Below, one piece after another: positions 12,685 through 28,590 of a stretch of 64,000 nt of DNA (position 1 is the stretch's first letter; each line of letters begins with the position of its first letter). The DNA is from the human T2T-CHM13v2.0 reference genome, Homo sapiens, in the NCBI RefSeq assembly GCF_009914755.1, contig NC_060926.1. One strand, written 5' to 3'. Below the pieces are notes generated by a model. It did no database searches, was not told where the DNA came from, and saw only the letters and a list, made by a program, of their open reading frames with translations. The translations under genes were made by a program, and so were the position numbers.

Positions 12685-14296
12685 CTTTAAATATTCATTA
12701 TTTTGCAACCTCTGCTATTACTCCTCACTTAACTCTGAGCTCCTCTGCTAGGGTGTGGCCACCATGCACTGAACACAGCAGCCTGCACACAATAATTTGT
12801 ATTCCTCCAGGACACCTAGCACAATGCCACTGCTGGTTCAATACGTCCATGACTGGTTATGCATTGCCAATCTTCTGGATCATTAAGCCTTTGCTCATAC
12901 TACCATCTTCACCTGGAATTCTCCTTCAAATTCCCCATACTCTCTTGACACATATGTCTCCACCTTCTGTAAATTCTTCCTCATCTTTCAAGATCTAGTT
13001 CAGCTCTAATCCCAGGTCTACAACAACACTTCTCCTGATTCAATTACTTCAAGTAAAAGTGATCCTTTGCACATCTGCACTCCCTTTCTCCTTTCTGGGT
13101 CATCTCTTCGGACTTGGAACAATTCTTCTCTAGATTTGGTTATAATCCACCCCCCTCCGCCCCCACCCAACATGTTGCTCCATGCGAGTTAGTCTTGTCC
13201 ATGAAACTGGATAGAGTGATTTTGGAAAACAAAGTCTGGTCTGATTTTTACCTTCATCTCTCTACTTGGTCTGGTATGGAGTAAACATTCAATAGTAACT
13301 TGCTGACTATTTGCCCTGGCTGTCTCATTCCACAGTGATAAAACCGAAATGTTCTCTAAAATTACTTTTCCATCATTATAAATTTGACTTGAAAGCCATG
13401 CAATTGATGCATTTGCTGGGGATTATCTTTCGCCCGTCACTCATTAAATCTGTCCTCATATAGCAACAATATTTATAGGAACAGCTAGACGTTAGCCCCC
13501 AAGTGAGAAAATGACCCATGCAAATGCCCTGGCATGACATAAATACCCACAGCAATGCAGATTGTGTGATGACTCTGCTGGGTGGCTACAGTTCTGGGGT
13601 ATGGGCGATGGATGAGCTAACTTGGAGAAGGCAGCCTAGAGTCGTCAGGGGAAAGAAGAGGGTGCAGTACCTCATTAATTTGTTCCCAGCCAACAGTTTT
13701 CAAAGATTAGCCACATAATAATGCCCCTAGAATATGCTCTTTGTACATGACCAAAGATGATCTGACAGGCATTTCAAAACAGTAATTGTTGGATTGATGA
13801 CGCTGCTGAGGAAAGAGGACTCATTATACCCAATTTGGAAGATTGTGAATATGTCGTATAAATGGGTTATGAGGATGCATTTGGGTAAAAGAGCTGGACA
13901 AATGCATGATGACATTACAGTACCCCAATGGGTGTCTCAGACATACAGTACATTCTCTCACCCTTCATTATTTGAAGACTGGGGAACAATACTGCATGTT
14001 TAAGAAAGTACAAGTTCAAATTGTGGCCAGATGTACGCTATGGTAAGGGAATGAAGTGGTTCTCTAGTGCATATGCAATCCTCTAGGGACATAGGCAGTT
14101 GTGACTGTGCTATCCTGTGCCTCACTTAAAAAGAATCCACTGGACAAAAAACATTTCAGCAAAGAAGATTTTATGATGACTGCCTTCTATGACTCACATG
14201 CCTTCCTACAATAGGACATGTATGCATCATTGGACCTTTGACATTAAACAATCTCGAATAATTTTAAAAGCATGTATTAATATCCAGTAATACTTT

Positions 14297-16089
<1,793 letters not shown>

Positions 16090-17392
16090 TATCTGGTAAT
16101 ACTTTCAACCAGCATAGCTTAATATGCATCATAAAACAAATGGTTTTGGATGAGAGAGGTACATTTTTTAGCTTTAAAAGGAAACATTCATTCATTCACA
16201 GAGTAAGAGCTGTACACTGAAATGAAAATACCATCCAATGCAAAATATGTGGAATCCCTTCCCCACAGCTCTGACTCTAGTTAGATATAATACATGTCAT
16301 ACTTATAGACACACGTACACAAATGGAGTGCAATTGTCACATCTTAATTTTGAAAAATGACTGTATTTACCAAATAATTATTCCCTTTTAATATGTCATT
16401 TTAAAAGCATCTTGAGAGATAATTTTATATTTTTATTTTTTGTGGGTGGAAATACACCTCAAATTTTATAATAAAATTAGAAATGGCAAGGAGTTCTATG
16501 TATCAGAAATTTCTTTATGGCAATTTAAGAAATAAAATTGTCATTCTGAAAAGCGATACATATCAATATCAATGATAGCCCACATAAATGAAGGCCATGT
16601 TCATCTGCTAATTCAGTGAATCTTATTACTAAAGAGGTAGTGGCTATTCTGTGTTGGGACTCATTTAAATATAGAGGTATCTAAAAATATAAATATCCTC
16701 CCTACATAAAACTCTTCAACAAAAGCCTCGCTGCCCAAACTCCCAACAATCTTCCCTCTCAGCAGAATTCATTGTCTCAGGAGTTTTCCCCAACTGTCCC
16801 ATGAAGAGAACACATCGCACTTTATTTTATAAGCTTTTTATTTGTCTTGCTCCCCAAAAGAGAGTGAGATTTGAGAGAAGGCAGAAACTGTAACTTACAT
16901 AAAAATATCAATAACGATTGATGATAAGAAGCAGCAGCAGCAGTAGCATCGATAGCATTTCCCAATACCCCTACTCCTGCCCCAAGCACAAATCTGCCTC
17001 ATTATGTCCTGAATTCCCAGCGTCCAGGTGGGTGGCAGTGGGAGCCCTCCTCCTCAGGAGATGTTCCACCTGCCTGCTACCTGCCGCAGTGTTTGCCTTG
17101 TAACCAGGCCATTCTGTACTCAGGAGCTACAGGCAAGTTACTATTTATGCAGTGACATTTCCTTATTTCTTGGCTGTCAAAAACAGAGGCTGTTCAGGTA
17201 CCAGTCCTCCTGCTCTTGAGTAAGAGAAGAAAATGCTGTATTTGTAGTGAAAAGGGTGCTGGTTCAACGCTAGCAGGATTTTCCAATTGAAGGGGTCAAG
17301 GAAACATGTGCAGATTAAACAAGCACAATTTTTAGTTTCATTATATTTATATGATGATTGTAGCTACTTATTAGTTATTTATAACCCACCAC

Positions 17393-17758
<366 letters not shown>

Positions 17759-18081
17759 TTAGTGAATAGTGGAAAAGAAGAAATGATTGTACACACAATA
17801 AATCCAGTGTGAGGCTAATACCTCAAATTAGATTACATACATAGTAGAGTTTTCTATGACAAGCGTCATCTTTGCTAACTTTGCTATTGCTTAAGAAATA
17901 CCAGCATCATTCTGTAAACTTAATAAATTCAGAGAGAAATATTAGCAATTTATCCCCGGTTCACCTTTTACTTCTAAATGCTAGTCAGATTACAAAACTG
18001 CCTAGATATTTTGCAGGTCATTGAAAAGACACTAGAGTTTTTGGGTGGAGGACAAAATAGAATTTTTCCAACAGCATTCTG

Positions 18082-19480
18082 TTTTTTTTTTTTTAATACT
18101 TTAAGTTCTAGGGTACATGTGCACAACATGCAGGTTTGTTACATATGTATATATGTGCCATGTTGGTGTGCTGCACCGATTAACTTGTCATTTACATTGG
18201 GTATATCTCCTAATGCTTTCCCTCTCCCCTCCCCCCACCCCACAACAGGCCCCAGTGTGTGATGTTCCCCTTCCTGGGTCCAAGTGTTCTCATTGTTCAA
18301 TTCCCACCTATGAGTGAGCACATGTGGTGTTTGGTTTTTTGTCCTTGTGATAGTTTGCTGAGAATGATGGTTTCCAGCTTCATCCATGTCCCTACAAAGG
18401 ACATGAACTCATCATTTTTTATGGCTACATAGTATTCCATGGTGTATATGTGCCACATTTTCTTAATCCAGTCTATCATTGATGGACATCTGGATTGGTT
18501 CCAAGTCTTTGCTATTGTGAATAGTGCCACAATAAACATACGTGTGTGTGTGCCTTTATAACAGCATGATTTATAATCCTTTGGGTATATACCCAGTAAT
18601 GAGATGGCTGGGTCAAACGGTATTTCTAGTCTAGATCCTTGAGGAATCGCCACACTGTCTTCCACAATGGTTGAACTAGTTTACAGTCCCACCAACAGTG
18701 TAAAAGTGTTCCTATTTCTCCACATCCTCTCCAGCACCTGTTGTTTCCTGACTTTTTAATGATGGCCATTCTAACTGGTGTGAGATGGTAGCTCATTGTG
18801 GTTTTGATTTGCATTTCTCTGATGGCCAGTGATGATGAGCATTTTTTCATGTGTCTTTTGGCTGCATAAAGACGTCTTCTTTTGAGAAGTGTCCGTTCAT
18901 ATCCTTTGCCCACTTTTTGATGGGATTGTTTTTTTTCTTGTAAATTTGTTTGAGTTCTTTGTAGATTCTGGATGTTAGCCCTTTGTCAGATGAGTAGACT
19001 GCAAAAATTTTCTCCCCTTCTGTAGGTTGCCTGTTCACGCTGATGGTAGTTTCTTTTGCTGTGCAGAAGCTCTTTAGTTTAATTAGATCCCATTTGTCAA
19101 TTTTGGCTTTTGTTGCCATTGCTTTTGGTGTTTTAGACATGAAGCCCTTGCCTATGCCTATGTCCTGAATGGTATTGCCCAGGTTTTCTTCTAGGGATTT
19201 TATGGTTTTAGGTCTAACATTTAAGTCTTTAATCCATCTTGAATTAATTTTTGTGTAAGGTGTAAGGAAGGGATCCAGTTTCAGCCTTCTACATATGGCA
19301 GCCAGTTTTCCCAGCACCATTTATTAAATAGGGAATCCTTTCCCCATTTCTTGTTTTTGTCAGGTTTGTCAAAGATCTGATGGTTGTAGATGTGTGGTAT
19401 TATTTCTGAGGGTTCTGTTCTGTTCCATTGGTCTATATCTCTGTTTTAGTACCAGTACCATGCTGTTTTTGGTTACTGTA
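18082..19480 (-). mobile_element. L1PA (about PA4-PA5), 5'-truncated, frameshifted ORF2 3' end and 3'UTR
   Basis: Three overlapping ORF2 peptides (18297-19320, minus), 3'UTR and poly(T); no TSD found. Confidence 0.96.
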
Positions 19481-19792
19481 ATAATGGTTTACATTATTAG
19501 CTACTGGTTATTTTTGCTATATGTAGGAAGAGAATGTTTTCAATCCCTACATGTCAGAGAAATGGAAACCAGACTCCCCTTAAAAACTGTCTGGATGCTC
19601 AAACCGTGGGTGTTCATAAGAAACTTCTGAGTTGATTCACAAAGTGAGTTCATTTTAACCTTGTAAATGTTTGATACTATTTTTATAAGTAACAAGAACA
19701 AATGGCCACTTCCTGTAACATAACATAGAAATAATATTCCGGTTGAGAGTGTTCGAGTAAACAATGCAGTACCCAAATCTATACCCTTCCCC

Positions 19793-19812
19793 CACACACA
19801 CAGGCACACACA

Positions 19813-19856
<44 letters not shown>
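19793..19856. repeat. (CA)n microsatellite
   Basis: Read directly. Confidence 0.95.
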
Positions 19857-20659
19857 AATCGCCATGGCTAATATCAAGATTAGGTTCAAAGACACCAGAA
19901 CTCGGACAGTTGATCCTTTTGAGGCAACATAAATATGGTCAGCCTGAGAGTCAGTCCAGTCAAGGTTCCTGGGAAAACTCCAGAATCATGTCTGAGAGAT
20001 GTACTAACACAGGGCAAAAGGTTAGGAGCAAGACTGAAATTAGGTTGTCAGTGGAGAGCTCAGGCTCATGTGGGGTGGGATGGAATGAGACCAACTCTGG
20101 CCAAGGTAGGAGGGTCCTGGCTGATTCCCCTCAACCATCTGCAGTGGTTTTGTGGCTTTGCTCGCATGCCAGAGGCAGAACAGACAGACAGCCGACAGCA
20201 GCTCTGGTCATTCCTGATATTTTATTTGTGTTCTTCATTGGACTGGAATGCTCTGCTACTATGCGTGTCTACTTGTGTCTGTGAAGTGTGTGCATGGGCA
20301 CGTGTATCTGAGTCTGTGTCTGTGTGACTGGGTGTGTCTTTGGGCATGCGACATTTCCTTTTCCCAAGTTAGTGTGCTTTGTGCTGAAAGCCACATGAAG
20401 CGTCAGTAACACAGACCTCCTAAGAGATGACAGAGTGGCTGTTCTCACCCATAAATGGTGTTGCTAGAGGATGTGGGGAGACTTCTCACTTAAGGTGCTT
20501 TGGTTAGGAACATGTAAATTCACTGTTTTTGAAATGTAAGTTTCAGACAGGGACTGGTAAAATAATGTCCAGCCTCTCTCACACTGTCGCTTCCCCACCT
20601 AGGTGCACAAGGATGTGAATAAAGCTCCCACTGTGCACTGCTTTGCCATCTGGAATCCC

Positions 20660-20880
20660 TTAAGCGAGAACTGTATCTTTTCCAGCGCAGCTCATCCCTG
20701 CTCATTCGCCTCATTCCTTGGTGTCAATTTCACCTTCTGCCGCCATTAAGGTCCAAATGGGCGGCAGGGCACCTCTGCACACTCTAATTATGCTAATAAC
20801 GGCTCGCTGACTGCACTAATGGGGTCATTATCGCCCCTCATGACCATGGGGTGCAAATCGCCACTTTAACATCATCATTC
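20660..20880. promoter_or_regulatory. Candidate conserved non-coding element
   Basis: About 9 CpGs in ~200 bp, TAATTATGCTAAT POU/homeodomain motif, several short inverted repeats. Confidence 0.45.
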
Positions 20881-21404
20881 CTGTCCTAATCCATCACTAT
20901 CCTTCACACTAGCCATTCTTAGAACCCAAAAAACTCTCCCTAAAAAGGATGCTTTGTGCCTGTGCTTCCAGGAAGCATTCAGAGATGAAAGCATGGGGGA
21001 CTGAGGGCAACATGCCTGGCAGAGATTACAGCAAGTTACGGAAGAGAGAAGGCCCTCTGGCAAGGTTTTGAGATGCAGGGAATGAAACTAATTCATGGGT
21101 AAAGGATTCTGACATGAAATTGGAGGTGCACACTCTGGCTTATCTAGGTGACCGAGGGCCGGCCTGGGAGCTAGGGACCTGTCTTCTGCTCCAGCAGCTC
21201 TGGTTGGACTACACAAAATTAATGGGCCTTCACGTTTCCATTTGCAGCATGAGAATGGTAAAAAAAAAACAGAGTCAGTCAGGTTACGGGTCAGTGCAAA
21301 GTCAAACCTCCAAGCGGATAATTCAGTAGCCACAAGGGGACAAACTGCAAAGTCCCAAATGTGTCTAGTGTTGACAACCTTCTCTCAGCTCGCACTACAT
21401 AACC

Positions 21405-21610
21405 AAAGCTTATGAATTCAGCCTCCATGTTCCCACCACCAGGCTCCCATCCTTATTAGCTCCGTGGCTTTGAGCAAGTTGCTTAATCTTGCCAAAGCTT
21501 AGTCTCCTCATCTATAAAAAGAAAAATTAAATTATTGGGCCCATAAGACTGATGATATGTTAAGCCCTATTCCCAAACCTTATACATGGTAAGGGCCCAT
21601 CCAATGGCCA
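21405..21610 (+). mobile_element. MIR SINE
   Basis: TTATTAGCTCCGTGGCTTTGAGCAAGTTGCTTAATCTT..TCTCCTCATCTATAAAA. Confidence 0.7.
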
Positions 21611-23904
21611 TTGATATTACTTTTATCTACAGACTTGGATCTAAGTTTGAGGCATCTTGCACTATGATATCCCAGCATCACCATGTATGCTAACCAGTCA
21701 GAATTTTCTAGTCTACAGGACTACACATGACCATTTTTAAGAACTAAATCAACATATTATATTAAACTGAGTGGATGAAATCAACCACATGGCATTTATG
21801 AATATAGTATCAATTTCTTTACAGACTTTAGAAACCGATTTGACTCTACTTGTCTCTGGGAGAGAGCTAAATTTCGCCTTCCAAAAAAAAGCTGAACAGC
21901 CCTCAGAATGATTTATGAATAGGTCTTTGATGCATAAAATCTCATTTTCTTTAGTGCATTTGTCAAAAGATTTCCCCATGTGTGTCTTGTGCAGGACTTG
22001 GTTGTTGTAACCCTCTCAGCCTCCCATGCAGGAGGAGTATTTTTCCTGATGCTTTCTCTTGATAGGTCTTGGGATGATCATATTTGACTGATGTGTTAGT
22101 GTTCTTACTTTAACTCGTGCACTATGAACTTTATATCATGTTTTACTTCCCAGCATATTAATGCTCTGGTCTTCAGTGCAGATGGAGTGAAGCCCTAAAA
22201 CTCAGCCCCGTCAGCCAATTAGGATTCATCTGACAAGCGACACTTTGTCTTTTGTGTGCTAGCCTGGGAATGGCAAAAAGACAGCATCTTGTTTGCCTTT
22301 TCAAAAATACACCCCCATAGAATAGAAATTACGTACGCTTTTGCTGGCTTAAGCATAATATAGATTTATTATGTGGGAAAGATAGATGAGAGATTTTTTT
22401 TTTTTTTTTAAATGCTGGGAAGGCTTTAAAATTATTTACTGTCCTCATTATCATTAGGAAGCAGACATTATCTGATCTATCTCTCCAGTTTTTTATGGTA
22501 AAACTCTATTTTAAGATTCATAATTTTTAAAGACTGCCTGCCCCTGAATGGAATATGCAGGCTGCACGGGGAGGAGTGATACCTGATGGGGTGTCCCACT
22601 GCCATCTCAAAAGCATACTTGAAAAGTTGAGAAAACATTTTCTAACAGGATGTGAAAACTGAGTCTTGAACGGAGTGGATACTGCTCAGAAGAATATTTG
22701 CGAAGGAATGACTGCTGAATTTATGTAGTGTGAACATTTAAAGTAAAAATTCAAATCCTCACCTTTGGGGTCATGGTGATTAATTTCCATTCCAAACGTA
22801 ACTCTTCTTATAGGCAAGAAATCCAGTAAATATTCCCCTGTGACCAACAACCCCGTGAGCTGTTGGCAGAATTAATAAAGCTGTCAGGATTTCTTTGGGA
22901 TATTGCACGTCTCCCTGTATGTCATTTAATTGTGAAGTGTAAATATGCATATGGCCCATCAGGAAGACTAAATATATTAGTCTTTAGGGCTTCAGCTCCT
23001 GTTTCTGTACTCATTTATCAATTTTGATTAAATTAGGGGAGAACATTTTGATACAAAAATGTATAAAATTTATGTAGCTTTCTAGGAGAATGACTTGCAT
23101 TGTTTATACAGCATAAGCATCTGGGGAGAAATATATATTTTTCTAATATGCAGCTTTGGATAATATAAAATGTTCTGTATACAAGATTATGTTCACAGCT
23201 TGGGAGAATTTGGGGAAAATGCTCCTGGCAAGCAAACTGTTTTTAAGAAGGGAAAGTTGAAAACCAGGAGCAGAGGGAAAACATAATGCAACTTCTATTT
23301 TCTCGAACTTTAAAATATGCAGCTTCCGAGGCTGACTCACAATCCAAGTGAGACCTCTGTCAGAAGAGTCTGAGTATGCAGAGGGAGGGGTGCAGATGGA
23401 GTGAGAACACTTATGGTAATGTCAGGATCCAGCTCAATATTTCAAAGCAATGCTTTCTGTACAAGCGAAGCACATTTGCAAGGGGATTGGCCTTTACTGT
23501 GTGAACTCAGGGCTATCTTTCGACCAATAGATACCGGCCAAGCTAGGAATGAGTCAGTGGTTTGTGACTGTCTGCACTGGTTTTGCTTTGAAACAGTCAA
23601 AGAAGAGAACTGCCATTTAAAAGAGTAGCAAGAAATGTGTGAGCATTGTAATTGGACATTAGTAAAATCCAAGTGTGAGTTTGTTGTTGTGTTGTTTTGT
23701 TGTGTTTTCCCTTCCCTTTGAGTGTCGATTTGTAAATTGATGTACTGACCACTTTGTATAAGCTCTGTGTTGTACAGATATTATAAATTTAAATTCAAGC
23801 AAAAGATAGGTAAGAATATCCCCCTTTTACAGATGGAAGGATCGTGTTCATAGACATTAAGAAATCTACCCCAACCCTACAGTGATGTAGTGCTCTTCTG
23901 ACCA

Positions 23905-24500
23905 AGATGGGTCCTGGGGCCAAATCGTAAATAGAGGCCTACCTACCATATGCTTACTTAGGTAAATGTTATAAATGATGCTACCAAACTTAAATAATTT
24001 GTGTTCTCTACTCCTTTGTTAACAAGTATACTTTCACAGCAATGTGGAAGTCTAGGGTGAAATCAGAGCAATACATGATACACATCACCCCTGCCCATTC
24101 AACATCTGACTCCATCCTTCAAGTCACTGGGGGCCAAGCTTACATTTCCGGGTTGCCCACACTGCCCCAGTGTCTACACCTTGGTCCCATAGGTGCCCAC
24201 ACTGGTCTTGTGGCCTGGCCTATTTTCACTGGGAGAGTCCTTCACAGGCCCACAAGTGAGCTTAGAGCCCTTTGGTCAGGAAATTCTGAAGTTTGGATGC
24301 ATGAAACATGGTGTAGACCAGAATGAGAGGGTTGGGTGGAAAGGCAGGGGGAGGGCAGGCTTCCAAGTTCGCTCATAGCCTGCCAGGACCCCTGAGTGCT
24401 CGTGGCATGGGAAAACAACAAAAACACCCAAAGGAGGACCAAAGCAGGGGCCCTTTAAAGCAGGAAGCCCAGGAGAGTACCCCCTGCTCCCCACCACCCA
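23905..24500. mobile_element. hAT-Tip100 fossil (MER115/Zaphod-like) inside a MIR
   Basis: GAGGCCTACCTACCATATG..AAATGTTATAAATGATGCTACCAAACT..TGTTCTCTACTCC resembles remembered MER115; MIR-like pieces at ~23810-23885 and ~24535-24600. Confidence 0.5.
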
Positions 24501-24844
24501 TCTAAGGGAAATACTACCACCTGGGCATTGTGATTGAAAGGAATTAAATTCAAATCAAGATCATGGGACTCCAAGCTGATATTTTATCCACTCTACTTTG
24601 CTGACTTCCTAGTATTTTAAATGAAAACCTAAGAAAAAATAAAAATGTGAATCTGGTCATCTATTTCAGGAATCCTTTTCATAGTAACAAAATAAAATAT
24701 TTTAAGAGTCACATCCCAGTGCAGAACCTTTGAGTACCTTGTGCCCTTGAGAAGTGGCCACAGGTCCCAAACCAGGGCCCCCATTAAGCTGAGCTAGGTT
24801 TCTTTCTTTGGGGTCTTGTTGAATTGAGCCTTAGGAGCACCCCA

Positions 24845-25175
24845 GGACTGCTTATCTGCTAGTAATGCCTGCGATAAGATATTCAGGGCTCTGTTGATTT
24901 CCCAGCTGTGCTTCCAGTGAGCGACAGGAGTTTTGGGACACTTTGTGCCTGCAATCGCTGGGAGAGAACAGCCATGATAAGCACCAGGGAGAGGGATTTT
25001 TTTCGCCTGTAGTCTGAACGCGGAAAGTGATAAGAGAGAAAGGCCTCTGCAGACTGACCCGAAAAGCAAATGCAGGTGGAACAAAAGGCAGCCCTGACTA
25101 TAAGAAGATAAGGCAGCTGCATAATTGGTAGCTGGCTGCAGGATCTCCATCCATTCAAGTCACGACCTTATCCTA
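24845..25175. promoter_or_regulatory. Candidate GATA/E-box enhancer
   Basis: Six GATAAG hexamers, CAGCTG/CAGGTG E-boxes, retained CpGs. Confidence 0.5.
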
Positions 25176-25453
25176 CAGCATGTGATGGAGCAAAGAAGTA
25201 AAAAATGTATGTTTTAAAAAAGAAGTCTCAAGATTTTCTGTAGTAAAATAGGTCAAAACATCCAGTCAAATTGAAAGAAAGCAATGTAAAAATTTGAGTC
25301 AACTGGAAAGCTGGGCATTGTTTGGTCAGATCGATATCCCACTTACTCAAATCATGTCTACGGGTGTTAATGAGGACAAACTAGTGCTAGAGTAGCGAAA
25401 GCATAACAGTTCTTATATTTTTTAAAAAATATACAAGTATAAATAAGCTATCA

Positions 25454-25743
<290 letters not shown>

Positions 25744-27070
25744 GGACTTTATGAAATAATTTTTAAATAATCAGATGTCAAATCTCTCATAGGGAGCTTA
25801 GCAGTGATTCTGCATAAAGGCCATAGGCCCAGGTCCCAGCCACACACCTCATTTCAGAGATCACAGTGAGGATGAAATGACAAAAATAAAGCTCCTAGGT
25901 CAGGGGCTGGCAGGAGGTGAGTGTGTAGGACAGTCCAACTTCATTTCATGCATGTTTGGAGACGGGCCAGGGTCACGTCTGTTTGACAAGCAGAATATTT
26001 GAGTTCTCTAAGTTTTTAAGGTTCTGTAAGTTTTTAAGGAGGAGAGTGAGAATGACTACTGAGTATGTAATTTGGTCATTTTAAGTTTGTAAATTAAATG
26101 CCACATGTGCGCGTGCTTGCGTGCATGTGTGTGTGTGTGTGTTTTAGGCCAAGACAAAATGTTACCACATCAAAATTCCTTATCCAAAAAAGTCATGTCA
26201 AATAATCACATTCCAAAATACATGTAAATGGCCATATCAAAATGACAGAGTCAAAATGTCAGATCTCTTTCTCTTCCACCTCAATCCTCCCACTGTTAGA
26301 ATATGTATGCTTATCACACTACGTGCCCCCATGTTGGGTTCCTAAGTTATGGTCTTCAATCCCATCAAGCGAAGTTTTCTGACTGCTGGACTGTGGCAAG
26401 GAATAGGATTTTTTTATAGAGAGATGTCGATTCTTTCAGCCCTTGGAGCTGCTGGTCTGGGCCCGTGTAGAACCCCTGTCCCTGTGGTCGTGAGCAATCT
26501 CCTACTGTGCTATACCTATATAATCAATGAATGTTTCGATGTGAAAAAGGTTGGAAACCATGGCCAGGCAACTCTAGAAAGGGAAAAGATGAAAATGGTT
26601 TGAATAAGTCAGAAAAAAATGTATGAATAGGTAGATTTTTAAATGCACAGTCTTGAGAGAATCACAGAATTTAAAAAAAAAAGGAAAATAAATTCCATAA
26701 GAGGAGAACAGCAAGAGACAAAATTAGGAGTGCAGGATTAGAAGGTGTGAAGGAAACAGTAGTGTGGCTGACATTCTGGAGGGGCATGTCTGGGCCAGGA
26801 GACTGCAACCGAAGCCCATTTCATGGTCAGAGAGGCCTGGAGATGGGGGTTGGCTAGAAGGCAAGAGAAAAAGGTGGCCTCTGGGTAACGATGTAACAGG
26901 ATGAATGTGTGGTTTGGGAAAATGCACTATTAACTGCATGCAGGACTGATGGAAGGAAAAGGTAATGGAGTCAACAAAATCTGATCAGGGTCTTTCTGAA
27001 GTTATACTTCTTAGGTTTTCATCAGAAAAACTTTGGCTTGGAAAAGATACAGCTTTAATTTCCTTCATTT

Positions 27071-27082
27071 AGTTTTTTTTTA

Positions 27083-27125
<43 letters not shown>

Positions 27126-27434
27126 ATCTATCTATCTATCTATCTATTTATTGAGACAGAGTCTTGCTCTGTTGCCCAGGCTGTAGTGCATTGGCACGAT
27201 CTCGGCTCACCGCAACCTCCACCTCCCAGGTTCAAGTGATTCTCCTGCCTCAGCCTCTTGAGTACCTGGGATTACAGGAGCTCGCCACCATTCCCAGCTA
27301 ATTTTTGTGTTTTTAGTAGAGATAGGGTTTCACTATGTTGGTCAGGCTGGTCTCCAATACCTGACCTCAAGTGATATGCCTGCTTCAGCCTCCCAAAGTG
27401 CTGGGATTACAGGCGGGAGCCACTGTGCCTGGCC
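27071..27434 (-). mobile_element. AluS (Sx/Sz-like) with 15-bp TSD
   Basis: TSD TAATTTCCTTCATTT at 27056-27070 and 27435-27449. Confidence 0.95.
27084..27146. repeat. [TCTA]10 TCA [TCTA]5 tetranucleotide STR in an Alu tail
   Basis: Counted directly. Confidence 0.95.
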
Positions 27435-28029
27435 TAATTTCCTTCATTTTAAATTTACTTTATATATTTCTAAAACAAATAAATACAGTTTTCTGCTTGA
27501 GAAATTCCTCTTGGTATGGTTTTTAAGCTTTAATTGTGTATGCTTGTGACATAAACTTATTTTTCTTGTCCTCCACATTTGAGACTTTGCTATAGATAGC
27601 TAACATCAAAAATTAAGCAGCAAAGAAGCTTATTTCTGAGATATTTTTAGTTTTCCCAATTCCTGATCTGGACTTCCAGTTTTCATTTATTTTCTTAAGT
27701 TCTGATAAGATGGATTGCTTTGGCTTATGAAGTAGGTACTTTTTCTGGCAATAAACTTTACTTTTAAATATGTTATGAAAGTGGATTGAAATGCTCTTTA
27801 ATAGAAACTAGCTGTGGCATATATATACCAGACATTTTTATACAGAATGTGCTTACAGAAAGGGAATCTGAAGCCTGAGAACTTTGCAGAAACCATCTGC
27901 TCTCTCCCCCACCTCTTCAGAGGAGGGCAGAAAAGAAACAGAGAGACAACATGTTAAACCCTAGAATTTTAAAGTCAAGATAATGTAATTCTGGCTTTGT
28001 CATTGCACAGAAGAGGAAGAAGGAGTGGG

Positions 28030-28590
28030 TGAATTAAATAAATTTGAATACAGCTTCCTCACCATTCATTAGCTATACGCTGATCAGATTGCTTCAGTGC
28101 TCTGAGCCTGTTTCCTATAAAATTAGATAACAGTATCTGCCTGACAGCACTGTTGAAATGATTAAATGTGCAACACCAGTAATGAGGTAAAAGTTCATTA
28201 AATCATATCTATACAATATTATTTCATTAATATTTTTATGAAAAATAATTCAAAACATCGTAGAAAAGATTATTAGGTTCTGTTTGGTAAAGTAAAGAAT
28301 TCAATGCATGAATCTTCTAAAAACTATGTCTAACTATTGGATGAACAAATGCATGACCCTGTAGGTCATTTCCTCAAGAATTCTGCTTAGTTCTTGACCC
28401 TCTTCTCCAAAGGATAGTGCTAAAATATAGAAGGCACGGTGACGGACTTGATTCTGATACTCACTAGCTGTGCAGCCTTAAGAAAGCCATTCAGATTTTC
28501 TGGCTAAGAGATCTAGGAGTATTAAATAAGATAAAGTGTGCAACATACCCAGTATAATGCCTGTCACATATTAAATGCTCAATAAGCATT
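28030..28590 (+). mobile_element. Two MIR fragments (~28030-28200, ~28430-28590)
   Basis: CTCTGAGCCTGTTTCCTATAAAAT; CACTAGCTGTGCAGCCTTAAG..GCCTGTCACATATTAAATGCTCAATAA. Confidence 0.6.
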
